From: an archaeon
GTDB lineage: Archaea > Nanobdellota > Nanobdellia > Woesearchaeales > GW2011-AR9
Assembly: GCA_018697095.1 (NCBI GenBank)
Contig: JABHSG010000003.1
Location: 285,505 to 349,504, forward strand
Reading direction: 5' to 3'
Length of the DNA stretch: 64,000 bases
Positions 30,838 through 40,526 of the stretch are shown here, one piece after another. The position numbers and the translations under genes were made by a program. The notes below the pieces were generated by a model, which had not been told where the DNA came from, made no database searches, and saw only the letters and a list, made by a program, of their open reading frames with translations. The first letter of the stretch is position 1, and each line of letters starts with the position of its first letter.

Positions 30838-31829
30838 TGAAAAAAACAATTGATGTAATGGGTCTTGGTTCAGCCTTAATGGACTTTCTAGTAGAAGTTG
30901 ACGATAATACACTTATGGAATTCGATCTTAAAAAAGGCGAAATGCATTTAGTTGATCAAGAAAAAACAAAATCTGTTCTTCAAAAAATCAAAGATAAAAA
31001 CCTCGAAATAGAAATCATCCCTGGTGGTTGTGCTTCAAACACTCTTAAAGGAATCGCACTTCTTGGCGGCCACGTTATTTTTTGTGGGGCTGTTGGTAAA
31101 GATGAGCATGGGGAAATCTATGAACAAGAAATACAAAAACTCGGAGTTCAATCAAAAGTTTCTCCAACTCCACCTAATATGACTGGACACGCTGTAACTT
31201 TTATCACGCCAGATTCAGAGCGTACTTTTTCAACGCACTTAGGTGCTGCAATCCATTTAAGACCAGAACACGTTCTTGAAGATGACATTAAAAAATCTCA
31301 AGTACTTCATTTGGAAGGTTACCAATTAGAAGGAGATACCAGAGCCACAGTACTTCACGCAATTGAATTTGCAAAAAAACATAATACACTTGTTTCAATT
31401 GATCTAGCGGACCCTGGAGTTATCAGACGTAACAAAGAATTCATCGCAGACCTTGTAAAAAACAAAATTGATATTGTTTTCATGAACGAAATGGAAGCTA
31501 AAGAATTTACAGGTAAAGAAGAGCATGAAGCTTTAGCGCACGCCCAAGATCTCTGCCAAATAACAATAGTTAAACTTGGTGCAAAAGGTTCATTAATTGC
31601 TAGCCAAGGTGAGACTTTCACCATCGACCCAATCAAAGCAAATCCAGTAGATACAACAGGAGCTGGTGACAGTTACGCTGCGGGATTTTTGTATGGCCTA
31701 ACTCACAATTGGCCTCTTGACAAAGCAGGAAAACTTGGGTCACTTCTAGCAGCTAGAGTTATCGAGCAAAAAGGTGCAGGCATGAAAGACATTAGTGCAA
31801 AAGAATTAATTCACAAGGCCTTAGAATAA
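30838..31829 (+). CDS. PfkB-family carbohydrate/nucleoside kinase (adenosine-kinase or ribokinase-like)
   Basis: DTTGAGDSYAAGFLYG ribokinase-family signature; start set at MKKTIDVMGLGSA, the internal Met of ORF 30693. Confidence 0.85.
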
Positions 31830-31838
31830 ACAACTAAA

Positions 31839-32222
31839 ATGGATCCTGACTTAGAAATAAGAAAATCTAACATCAACGGTACTGGTGTGTTTGCAACTAA
31901 GGGAATCAAAAAAGGCGAGATGATTCTTGATTGGAAAGATGTTTCTGACATCATCACAAAAGAGCAGTTCCAAAATCTATCACTTGAAGAAAAAAAGCAC
32001 GTATCTGTAAATAACGATGAATACATATTATTCAAAGGTGTTGCACGTCATGTCAATCATTCTTGTGACCCAAACATGATCGGAAAAGATAAAAAAGATT
32101 TTGCCAAAAAAGATATAAACAAAGGTGAAGAAATAACTGTTGACTATGAATTAGAAAACAATCAAGTCCCATTCACTTGCAATTGTCAATCAAAGAACTG
32201 TAAAAAAATAATCTCTGCCTGA
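31839..32222 (+). CDS. SET-domain protein lysine methyltransferase with post-SET Cys cluster
   Basis: NINGTGVFATKGIKKGEMI, NHSCDPN, GEEITVDY and CNCQSKNC (post-SET CxCx4C). Confidence 0.85.
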   Translation: MDPDLEIRKSNINGTGVFATKGIKKGEMILDWKDVSDIITKEQFQNLSLEEKKHVSVNNDEYILFKGVARHVNHSCDPNMIGKDKKDFAKKDINKGEEITVDYELENNQVPFTCNCQSKNCKKIISA

Positions 32223-32299
32223 ATTTTAAAAACACCAAAATCGTTGTTCAAATCATAAAATAAAAATAATTATAATAATAAAATAGTTTTATTACAAGC

Positions 32300-32794
32300 T
32301 TAATCACACCATCCGTATGGGATCGTCCCTGCTGTGCTTGTATAACATTCAAGATCAATGTCAGAACAATCATAAATTACCTGGACAACTTCTGAGTTTT
32401 CATCACAATAATATTCCCTAAGATAAGTGGTGTCTACACAATTATCTCTGTAGGTCATAGATTCTCCTCCTCCTTCCTGGTAGTAATACACTTCTCCAGC
32501 TTGCAAAACATCAATTCCATCATCTAAATCAAAACAAACATAGGTTGGTTCCTCTTCAACTTCCTCTAAGCTGCCATCTAAATAAACTACCCCTGAAGAA
32601 TCAATGCTTCTACTAGAAACTTCACTAACTCTAATATCTTGCCTATGAGTAAATGTCAAAATTGCTTCGCCTGTAGAGGAAAACTCAGGTGACAAATAAT
32701 TGAAATCATAGGCTGCCCCAAAAAACATCAACAAAATTGCCAAAACTGCAACTCCAGAAACAAGAAACATACTTTTTTTTTCATTATTTACCAT
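32300..32794 (-). CDS. membrane-anchored or secreted Cys-rich hypothetical protein
   Basis: N-terminal signal-anchor MFLVSGVAVLAILLMFFGAA; C-terminal Cys-rich region. Confidence 0.45.
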   Translation of the reverse strand: MVNNEKKSMFLVSGVAVLAILLMFFGAAYDFNYLSPEFSSTGEAILTFTHRQDIRVSEVSSRSIDSSGVVYLDGSLEEVEEEPTYVCFDLDDGIDVLQAGEVYYYQEGGGESMTYRDNCVDTTYLREYYCDENSEVVQVIYDCSDIDLECYTSTAGTIPYGWCD

Positions 32795-32879
32795 CCATAA
32801 ATACCTCTGATTTAATAAACTAATTAATTTGCAAATTTAATACTTTCCTTTCTCTCTTCTGAAATTTAATAAACAAAAT

Positions 32880-34001
32880 TTACTCTCTCATTTTTTCAAT
32901 AGCACGATGAATCTCATCGCTAGGATTTTTAGGGGCTATCCGCGATGCCAAATCACTTAGACTTCCACCACTTTTCTTCTTTTTTCCTAAGCTTCCTTTT
33001 TTCTTAGAACCAATTTTTACAGTACCAATACTACTAGCTGCCTTAACGCCACTACTTCCTTTAGAACCACTTTTAGAACTTAAATCAAATTTCACTGCCC
33101 ACATCTCATCTTTAATTTGTTTTTGCACAGGGTCTAAATTATCTTGTGTCTGTTCAGCTTGCCAATTAATTTTGAATCCGTCGTCTTGCCAACGGCCAAA
33201 AACATGAAGTGCTAATCGGCCACTAGGATTATCATCAGATACTCCTGATTTCAAAACCATATTTGTTGCATGACAACCAAGTCCTTCAAAAATAGCTGTT
33301 GATGCAAAAGAAGCTGCAAACCAAAAATGCGCACATGAATCTTGCGATAAATTCTCAACATTACTTTTCTCCTCTTTTGAATAAACAATTAAATGAGCTT
33401 TATTTTCACAAAGAGTGGGAGCCACAACTAGAACCTTCTCATCTTGGTAAACTACATCTCCAGAAATATCATCCAAATGCGCAGCCGCAACTCCAGAACC
33501 ACTATGCCAAGAGGCAGGATGCCTTCCAAAATGATTTTTCATCATAATTGGCAAATTATTAGATAGCATTGTGGTTTGCTCCTTTGCCATTCTATCACCT
33601 TTGCCACGAAATTCGAATGTGGAAAACCCATCTCCTTTCTCTCGAGGAAGTAAATGAACTAAAAAGTGTGGTGACATTTGTCCAGCCACTCCACCAACAG
33701 CTACAAATACGTTAAATCCAGTTCTCACCATTCCTTTTTTAATCGCTTTAGCCAGCGGACTAATCAAAGCAAACATGTGAATGAACTCATCGCCTGGAAT
33801 ATACGCTGGCATGGGGTAATGCTCAGTTAACATGTAAGCCAAGTGCCCCTTAACAGCAGGATAAATATCAATCATAGATACTACTTTACTATCAGAATAA
33901 ACAGTTTTAGCTCCAGGCTGCTCACCTGAAATCAGTTTACAATGGATACACTGCGCCTTTTGCGCTTCCATTTGAGCTTTTTGCTCGGGACTAATTTCCA
34001 T
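32880..34001 (-). CDS. tandem HIT-like domain protein with degenerate histidine triad and Lys/Ser-rich tail
   Basis: First half aligns to HIT proteins (CIHCKLISGE...GGVAGQMSPHFLVHLLPR) but the HxHxH middle His is Leu; a second HIT-like half follows. Confidence 0.55.
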   Translation of the reverse strand: MEISPEQKAQMEAQKAQCIHCKLISGEQPGAKTVYSDSKVVSMIDIYPAVKGHLAYMLTEHYPMPAYIPGDEFIHMFALISPLAKAIKKGMVRTGFNVFVAVGGVAGQMSPHFLVHLLPREKGDGFSTFEFRGKGDRMAKEQTTMLSNNLPIMMKNHFGRHPASWHSGSGVAAAHLDDISGDVVYQDEKVLVVAPTLCENKAHLIVYSKEEKSNVENLSQDSCAHFWFAASFASTAIFEGLGCHATNMVLKSGVSDDNPSGRLALHVFGRWQDDGFKINWQAEQTQDNLDPVQKQIKDEMWAVKFDLSSKSGSKGSSGVKAASSIGTVKIGSKKKGSLGKKKKSGGSLSDLASRIAPKNPSDEIHRAIEKMRE

Positions 34002-34068
34002 AATAACGATAAAATAAAAACTCTAGAATAAAAAGATTGCCTAAGGCAAAGTAAAAAATAAAATATAA

Positions 34069-34311
34069 TCAAACCCAAACACTTTCAACATAAATTGTTT
34101 CTTCTCCACACTTGTATGTTGCAAAAAGTTTACCATCAAGTAACTTAGAGGCTTCAGTTTCAGGTCTAAATAAATCAGAAACCAATCCACCTATTCCTCT
34201 TTCAGCCACAGAATCTTGGATAGCAACAGCTCTACTCATAAAATAATCTTTTGCTGCGCCAACTGTGGCCTTTACTAAAATATAAGGCAACCTATCATCT
34301 GGAAAACTCAT
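34069..34311 (-). CDS. hypothetical protein
   Basis: 80-aa ORF overlapping the tfb start by 4 nt (ATGA). Confidence 0.4.
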   Translation of the reverse strand: MSFPDDRLPYILVKATVGAAKDYFMSRAVAIQDSVAERGIGGLVSDLFRPETEASKLLDGKLFATYKCGEETIYVESVWV

Positions 34312-35228
34312 TTTTTGTTCTTCATTTTCTCAACTTGTTTTGCAAGGTTAAGTTTCTTGATAAGTTCCTTGTAACGGTTTCTAATTGTAACTTCAGTAAC
34401 TCCTGCCACGTCAGCAACCTCTCGTTGAGTACGTTTCTCACCATGAATCAAAGACGAAACATAAAGTGCAGCAGCTGCAATTCCAGTAGGTCCACGACCA
34501 GAAGTAAGTTCAATTCGCCTAGCTTCTTCTAAAATTTCAACAGCCTTACTCTGAGTCTCAGGACTTAACTTAAGTGCTGAAGCGAACCGTGGGATATAAT
34601 CAGATGGATTACTAGGTCTAATACTAATTCCAAGTTCACGAGTAATGAACCGATAAGTTCTACCGATTTCTTTTTTCTCAATACCACTTGCTTCTCCCAT
34701 TTCATCAAGTGTTCTAGGAACTTCATGGCGCCTACAAGCAGCATACAAAGCACCAGCAACAACTGATTCCATTGATCGACCACGTACAAGTCCTTTTTGA
34801 ACAGCGAGTCTATAAATTCTCGCAGCTTCTTCTTCAACTTGTTTTGGTAATTTCAAATATGATCCAATTCTTTTTAATTCTGCAAGTGCAACTTTTAGGT
34901 TCCGCTCAATTGCTGTACTAATTCTGTATTGCCACTTTCGCAAACGAAAGAATTTATCTTTATCTTTACCTAATTTATAATAGTCACTTGTCATTCCAAT
35001 TTCAGTTCCCATTCCTTTATCGAAACTAGTCTCTGAGCTTGGAGCTCCTGCACGTCTTCGGCTTCCACCACGATCATCATCAAAACTACGCCATTCTTGG
35101 CCAAAATCAATCATTCTATCTTCAAGAACAAGTCCACACTCTCGGCAAGTAACTTCTCCTTTTTCTGAATTACGGAAAATCTCTTTACTTGCACAATCTG
35201 GACATTCTTTAATTGCTGGTTTTCTCAT
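34308..35228 (-). CDS. tfb: transcription initiation factor IIB (TFB)
   Basis: N-terminal Zn ribbon CPDCASKEI...CRECG plus two cyclin-fold repeats; 306 aa. Confidence 0.95.
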   Translation of the reverse strand: MRKPAIKECPDCASKEIFRNSEKGEVTCRECGLVLEDRMIDFGQEWRSFDDDRGGSRRRAGAPSSETSFDKGMGTEIGMTSDYYKLGKDKDKFFRLRKWQYRISTAIERNLKVALAELKRIGSYLKLPKQVEEEAARIYRLAVQKGLVRGRSMESVVAGALYAACRRHEVPRTLDEMGEASGIEKKEIGRTYRFITRELGISIRPSNPSDYIPRFASALKLSPETQSKAVEILEEARRIELTSGRGPTGIAAAALYVSSLIHGEKRTQREVADVAGVTEVTIRNRYKELIKKLNLAKQVEKMKNKK

Positions 35229-35448
35229 TTTCTTATCCTCACCAAAACCTCTTTATTCATAATCAAATATTATTATCTTAAGAATCACCTTAATGGTTAA
35301 CTTTAAATATCTTGAACGCAATTTACTTATAAATGTTTTGCTTTTTTAGCTTTGAAACCTATATTGTCTTAAATCTATTCTAAACACAATCCTTATATAT
35401 CAAAAAACAACTCTTAGAAACTAGTAATTCAAATTCACAGGTGATAAA

Positions 35449-35619
35449 ATGGTTATAAAAAAAATAAAGTCTCTTTTCAACAAAAAAGCACAATTAGGTA
35501 TGATTGAGTTCAAATTCTTTATGTATGGTATGGTTTTAGGTTTAATTGTAGCACTTGTACTAGTTTTACTAGGTTCAAAAGGAATTATCCCCTTTGAGAT
35601 CCCATTGGTTTGCGGATAA
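35449..35619 (+). CDS. possible small membrane protein (56 aa)
   Basis: ORF preceded by AGGTGATAAA; hydrophobic core FFMYGMVLGLIVALVLVLLG; not in ORF track. Confidence 0.3.
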   Translation: MVIKKIKSLFNKKAQLGMIEFKFFMYGMVLGLIVALVLVLLGSKGIIPFEIPLVCG

Positions 35620-35812
35620 GCCAACAAATTTTATTTTTTTTAATTCTTTTTTCATTTTCATTTTTATCTCTCTACTATTGTCATTTTTTAATTATCTAAC
35701 TACTACCTCTTCTTCAGCACCAAAAAGCATTAAAAGAATCTTGTCTGCAAATCCATGGAAGTGATGATGGGTTAATCAATAAGTACTTCTAATAAATCAA
35801 TATTTCAAACAG

Positions 35813-36406
35813 GTGAATAGCATGGATGTAGAGAAAATTCAAAGAATTAATAATTTGGCAGTAGAACTGCAAAAACAAGGTTTAGCAAAAGATAAAGAAG
35901 ATGCAGTAGCTCAAGCAGAACGCATTTTTAACGTCGAGAAAAAAACAGTTCTTTCTCAAAATTCCATGCACGGTGGAACATTAGCTGCAAACTCGCAATC
36001 TCTTGCAAGTTCTGATCCTCAAAGTACCAAAAATTCAAATTTAAATCAAGAAAAAATTGAGCAAATATTAGAAAAAAACACTAAGTTTTTGGTATCCACT
36101 ATCAAGGATTTTTCTGCAAAAATGCAATCCATGCAGGACCAAATTGGTAAATTGCAACATCGTCTTCTTAATATGCCAAGGCGTCAAGCACCAGGTAGAG
36201 GTTCCATGCAAAACCAAGGTATGCCTCAAACAAATAATCCTCAGGCTCAGTTTCAACAGCAAAACGCTCAAAATTCTCAAGCACAGCCACAAGCATCTCA
36301 GTCCCCAGCACCAAATAAACCAGTTCCAGCGGCGCATCCTCGTTCAGGCAGGTTCAAAGACACAGATGTAAGTATTGAGAAGTTCTTTTATGCAGGTAAT
36401 AAATAA
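35813..36406 (+). CDS. Gln/Asn-rich low-complexity hypothetical protein
   Basis: 197-aa ORF with helical N-terminus and a Q/N/P-rich C-terminus. Confidence 0.45.
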   Translation: MNSMDVEKIQRINNLAVELQKQGLAKDKEDAVAQAERIFNVEKKTVLSQNSMHGGTLAANSQSLASSDPQSTKNSNLNQEKIEQILEKNTKFLVSTIKDFSAKMQSMQDQIGKLQHRLLNMPRRQAPGRGSMQNQGMPQTNNPQAQFQQQNAQNSQAQPQASQSPAPNKPVPAAHPRSGRFKDTDVSIEKFFYAGNK

Positions 36407-36580
36407 ATTACTTTTTTTCTTCCTTTTCATTAATATTAAACTGACAAAATTCTCTTTTCTACACACACAAACTCATCAGCAACATTTATATAATAAGAAT
36501 CGTGTGAACTGCTACTCTAGAATACTAACAACTTTGATTTTTAGGGCATTACAATAAATACTCATTCGGGGGAATATAAC

Positions 36581-38044
36581 ATGAACAAAACAATTCTTAG
36601 CGTATTAGCATTAGTTCTAATTCTAATCTCTTCTGCACTAGTTACTGCAGATGTAGGGTTAACTACTGATGTGAGCGTAGCTTTTGAAATTGACCAAGGA
36701 ACTTTGGTTGATGATGAAGAAGAAATAACAATTGATATTGCACTAGCTTTTACAGAATCAGCTTCAATAAACGAATCTGAAGTAAATTTTAGTGTTTCAT
36801 CTAGTAGCAGTCTTTTTGATGTAGAAATACTATCAACTGAAGCTGACACAAGAGATATTGAGGCTGATGCTTCTGAGACAGTAACTCTTGAACTAACAGC
36901 TGATCTTTCAAGTGGCCTTGATAGTGGTCTTTACGAAGACTTAATCACTGTAACTTGGGTAGATTCCACTGGAACTAACTCAGCAACACTTGACTTAGAT
37001 ATTCTAACTATGCTTGAAATTAATGAAGCATACCTTCACATCGATGATGACGAAGAAGAAAAAATTGATGAGAGTGACGCAACTGATGATAATGTGGACT
37101 TAACAGTTGCACCAGGTGACAAAATTTCAATCTACTTTAACTTAATCAATCTTTTTGACGAAGATTATGATAATGGTGAGTTAGAAGTTGAAGTAACTGC
37201 AGAAATGGACGACGATGATTGGACTGATGACATTGACGAAGATTTTGATGTTGACATTGAAGCTGACGAAGAAATTGACGATGGCGATGATGAATACGTA
37301 ATTGAGTTCAATGTTCCTTTAGAAGCTGAATCAAATGACGATTATGAATTAGTTGTTACTTTTGAAGCTGAAGACGAGAATGGCGCAGCTTACACGAACG
37401 AATGGATCATTGTTCTTGAAGTAGAACGTGATGATGATGATGTTCGAATTGATAGTGTTGATTTTGCAACCACTGCTCGTTGTGATGAAGCTCCAAGGCT
37501 TGTTGTAAAAGTAAGTAACTACGGTGAAGACGCACAAGATGACATGTATGTTCACGTATCTCAAGAAGATCTTGACATTTCAGAAACTTCAGCTCTTTTT
37601 GATATCGAAGAAGGAACTGATGAAGATGACAATGAAGTGACTGTTAATTACTACATTGACATGCCAAATAGTGCTGAAGAAACAAGTTATGAACTTGAAG
37701 CTAATCTTTACTATGATGACGGAGATTTAGCAGACAGACTACTTTTTAATTTTGATTTGTCTTGCGAAGATACTAGTAGCAGCAGTGATGATTCAAGCAG
37801 CGATAGTGATGATAGTGATGAGCAAGAAGATAGCAGTTCAACTGTAATTGTTCTTAGTTCAGACGATCTTAGCGATAACAGCGACAGTGAGAGCACAAGT
37901 TCAGAATCTTCTGAAGATCGTGTTGTAACTGTTGAGAAAAGCTACACCATTAAAGATACTCAATTAGGACTAACTATTGTTTTAATTGTCTTAGTGGTAC
38001 TTGCTTTAATCGCACTACTTGTTGTTGGATTAAGACGCAAGTAA
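36581..38044 (+). CDS. extremely acidic cell-surface protein with signal peptide, Ser/Asp-rich linker and C-terminal TM anchor
   Basis: Signal MNKTILSVLALVLILISSALVTA; very high D/E content; SSSSDDSSSDSDDSDEQEDSSS linker; C-terminal TM LTIVLIVLVVLALIALLVVGLRRK. Confidence 0.6.
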   Translation: MNKTILSVLALVLILISSALVTADVGLTTDVSVAFEIDQGTLVDDEEEITIDIALAFTESASINESEVNFSVSSSSSLFDVEILSTEADTRDIEADASETVTLELTADLSSGLDSGLYEDLITVTWVDSTGTNSATLDLDILTMLEINEAYLHIDDDEEEKIDESDATDDNVDLTVAPGDKISIYFNLINLFDEDYDNGELEVEVTAEMDDDDWTDDIDEDFDVDIEADEEIDDGDDEYVIEFNVPLEAESNDDYELVVTFEAEDENGAAYTNEWIIVLEVERDDDDVRIDSVDFATTARCDEAPRLVVKVSNYGEDAQDDMYVHVSQEDLDISETSALFDIEEGTDEDDNEVTVNYYIDMPNSAEETSYELEANLYYDDGDLADRLLFNFDLSCEDTSSSSDDSSSDSDDSDEQEDSSSTVIVLSSDDLSDNSDSESTSSESSEDRVVTVEKSYTIKDTQLGLTIVLIVLVVLALIALLVVGLRRK

Positions 38045-38183
38045 ATAACAAAAGGCATTTTGCCTATTTTTTTATTTTTCTTAATTTTTATTTTTTAAAC
38101 TAAATCTTTTAAACTACAAACTAGTTTGTCGATTTCAAAATTACCCAGTAATTTTAAAAACAACCTCGCTTCTAAAACTCTAG

Positions 38184-38945
38184 ATGCCAACTCCAAAAAA
38201 ACCAGTTATTAAATTAATCTTAAAAGATATTCGTACAGGTCAAACTTATTTGGTAAAAGACTTATGTACTTCTTATCTAACCTCATACGGGAAAATTTCA
38301 AAAGACGATTTAAACAATAACAAAAAAACCATCATCGAATCAGACAAAAAGCGTATTTTTGCAAAATATAAACCAACATTTTGTGACTTCAAAGAAAACC
38401 TTCTAAGAGCTCCTCAGATTATGCAAGATAAAGACATTGGACTTATCATTGCAAAGACAGGAATTAACAAAACAAGTACGGTAGTAGATGCTGGGGCAGG
38501 CAGTGGTGCACTAACTCTAAGCCTAGCTAATATCTGTAAACACGTAACTTCCTACGATACAAACAAAGAACATTTGGATGTTGTAAAAAAAAATGCAATT
38601 CTTACAAACCTAACTAATGTGACACTCAAACAAGGCGACGTTGCAAAAGACTTATCTGAAACAAATTTGGATCTTATTACCCTTGATCTTCCAAGGCCTT
38701 GGGAAGTTCTAACTAAAGCATCCATTGCGCTTAAACAAGGAGCTCACTTAGTTGTTTATCTTCCAAATATTATCCAAATTCAAACAACTTTAAAAGAATT
38801 ACAAAACCACAAAAACCTCTCATTAATTGAAATGACTGAACTTATCAAACGCGATTGGAAAGTAGCACCAAAACAAGATACGCTTAGGCCAGAACATACT
38901 CAAAATGTGCATACTGGCTTTTTACTTTTCATTCGTAAATTTTAA
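38184..38945 (+). CDS. trmI: tRNA (adenine-N1)-methyltransferase TrmI (GCD14 family)
   Basis: SAM-binding VVDAGAGSGALT and the GCD14 motif LDLPRPWE. Confidence 0.75.
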   Translation: MPTPKKPVIKLILKDIRTGQTYLVKDLCTSYLTSYGKISKDDLNNNKKTIIESDKKRIFAKYKPTFCDFKENLLRAPQIMQDKDIGLIIAKTGINKTSTVVDAGAGSGALTLSLANICKHVTSYDTNKEHLDVVKKNAILTNLTNVTLKQGDVAKDLSETNLDLITLDLPRPWEVLTKASIALKQGAHLVVYLPNIIQIQTTLKELQNHKNLSLIEMTELIKRDWKVAPKQDTLRPEHTQNVHTGFLLFIRKF

Positions 38946-38993
38946 TCATCTCTTTCCTAAATTTTAATTTATAATAGCAAAGAAAAAAAATAA

Positions 38994-39434
38994 TTGGTGG
39001 AAATAATGACTGTACTAATCAAAAAGTTAAATGAAAATGCTAAACTCCCAGTTTATGCGCACCAAGGCGATGCTGGCATGGATTTTTTTTCTTCAGAATC
39101 TCTTACTATTAAATCAAAACAAAGAGCCCTTGTATCAACTGGTATCTCTATGGCGATTCCAAATGGCTTCGTAGGTTTAATCTGGGACAAATCTGGTCTT
39201 GCAGCAAAACAAGGTCTAACAGCTTTAGGTGGTGTAATAGACTCTGGTTATCGCGGAGAAATAAAAATCATCATTTACAACACAAATGATCAAGACTACC
39301 AGATAGAAGCTGGCCAAAAAATAGCTCAGATGCTAATTCAAAAAATAGAATCTCCTCAATTAGTGCAAACAACTGATTTTGACCAAGATACTAGCCGTGG
39401 TGAAGGCGGCTTTGGCTCAACAGGCCTTCAATAG
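38994..39434 (+). CDS. dut: dUTP diphosphatase (trimeric dUTPase)
   Basis: Motifs GDAGMDF, GVIDSGYRGEI and RGEGGFGSTG. Confidence 0.85.
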   Translation: MVEIMTVLIKKLNENAKLPVYAHQGDAGMDFFSSESLTIKSKQRALVSTGISMAIPNGFVGLIWDKSGLAAKQGLTALGGVIDSGYRGEIKIIIYNTNDQDYQIEAGQKIAQMLIQKIESPQLVQTTDFDQDTSRGEGGFGSTGLQ

Positions 39435-39490
39435 CAATGAAAATCTTTATAACTTTGGTCAAAGCCCACAGTTTAAAAATATGATAGATA

Positions 39491-39500
39491 TTTTTATAAA
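39491..39500 (+). promoter_or_regulatory. TATA-like box upstream of tRNA-Asn
   Basis: TTTTTATAAA about 31-40 nt upstream of tRNA position 1; a second A/T box sits at 39472-39483. Confidence 0.35.
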
Positions 39501-39530
39501 CAACCCACTCTCAAAGCAACTCAATTCAAT

Positions 39531-39629
39531 GCCCCGGTGGCTTAGCGGTTATAGCAGTCGGCTGTTATTCGTATTAATTCAATACGACAAGATACCGACA
39601 GATCGCCAGTTCAAATCTGGCCCGGGGCG
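39531..39629 (+). tRNA. tRNA-Asn (anticodon GUU) with ~26-nt intron in the anticodon loop
   Basis: Acceptor GCCCCGG/CCGGGGC; D arm GCU(U)-AGCGGUUA-(U)AGC; anticodon stem GUCGG...CCGAC with loop CUGUUA then a hairpin-containing intron; T arm GCCAG-UUCAAAU-CUGGC; discriminator G. Confidence 0.75.
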
Positions 39630-39637
39630 CTTTTTTT
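39630..39637 (+). terminator. oligo-T run after tRNA-Asn
   Basis: CTTTTTTT immediately 3' of the tRNA, fitting the archaeal oligo-T terminator pattern. Confidence 0.45.
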
Positions 39638-39658
39638 CCTAAATTAAGGGAGATTTTC

Positions 39659-40399
39659 TTACATCCATTTATCAAACCATGAAACAGTCAAATCTATTGC
39701 CTTGTACATGTTTTCTCCACTAAATCTATGTCCCGCTCCCAAAATAATCTCTAGTTTAGAATCAGAATTAAAATATTCCATTGCTTTTTTGGAATCAGAA
39801 ATGTTTACTACTTTGTCAGTATCGCCGTGGATTGTCAAAACAGGAAAATCAATAGGAGAACAAAGAATTTTCTGATTAACATCTAATTGTTCTTGGATAA
39901 AATTTTTTGAAATAAAATATTTTTTTTCATTATAGGTAAAAACATAATCTTCTTTTTCTTTTTGCCATTTAGATAATCTCTGTTTTATCCATTGTTTTTT
40001 ACGTGCTGCGATTGCAGGTGCCCACAAAACAATGGTTCTACTTATCTCCTTATTACTTGCTTTTAAGACAGTTTGGCCACCTAAACTGTTTCCAAGAAAA
40101 CCAAATTCTTTGCAACCTTTGGATTTCATAAAAAAAATTGCACTTTGTAAATCAACTACTTGGTCAGAAACAAGAATTGGTCTTTTCTCACTTTCACCAC
40201 AGCCACCAAAATCAAATCTAAGTACACTAAATCCTAATTCATTGCATTTTTTAGCAATGAAAACATATTTTTCTCCATCCTTTTTACTAGCAAACCCATG
40301 ACACAAAATGATCCCTTTACTCTTCCGCTCATTACTTCCAGCATAATAAACTCCAGATAGTTTCAAGCCATTTGAATTTGTAAATGTAACTTTCTCCAT
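39659..40399 (-). CDS. alpha/beta-fold hydrolase
   Basis: Nucleophile elbow GNSLGG; candidate catalytic His in GAGHRF; 246 aa. Confidence 0.7.
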   Translation of the reverse strand: MEKVTFTNSNGLKLSGVYYAGSNERKSKGIILCHGFASKKDGEKYVFIAKKCNELGFSVLRFDFGGCGESEKRPILVSDQVVDLQSAIFFMKSKGCKEFGFLGNSLGGQTVLKASNKEISRTIVLWAPAIAARKKQWIKQRLSKWQKEKEDYVFTYNEKKYFISKNFIQEQLDVNQKILCSPIDFPVLTIHGDTDKVVNISDSKKAMEYFNSDSKLEIILGAGHRFSGENMYKAIDLTVSWFDKWM

Positions 40400-40526
40400 G
40401 GTAAACTTCAGCGTTTAGAATATAAAAAATAATGTGTTACAAACTTTTATTTAAAGTCATTTCTGGGCAACATTTATATACCCACAACCATTGATTCCAA
40501 TACGTACATTTGAGGTGATAGGTTAA

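Noticed and set aside
35421-35627. 68-aa minus-strand ORF
   Set aside because: The plus-strand 56-aa ORF at 35449..35619 has a strong AGGTGATAAA RBS and a TM-like core. The minus-strand frame is low-complexity.
35770-35790. GUGAUGA (C-box-like) sequence upstream of 35813
   Set aside because: No matching D box (CUGA) or C'/D' pair at appropriate spacing, so a C/D box sRNA is not supported.
39379-39642. 87-aa ORF on the plus strand
   Set aside because: Its 3' half is the tRNA-Asn gene plus the oligo-T terminator. Its 5' part overlaps the dut 3' end in another frame.
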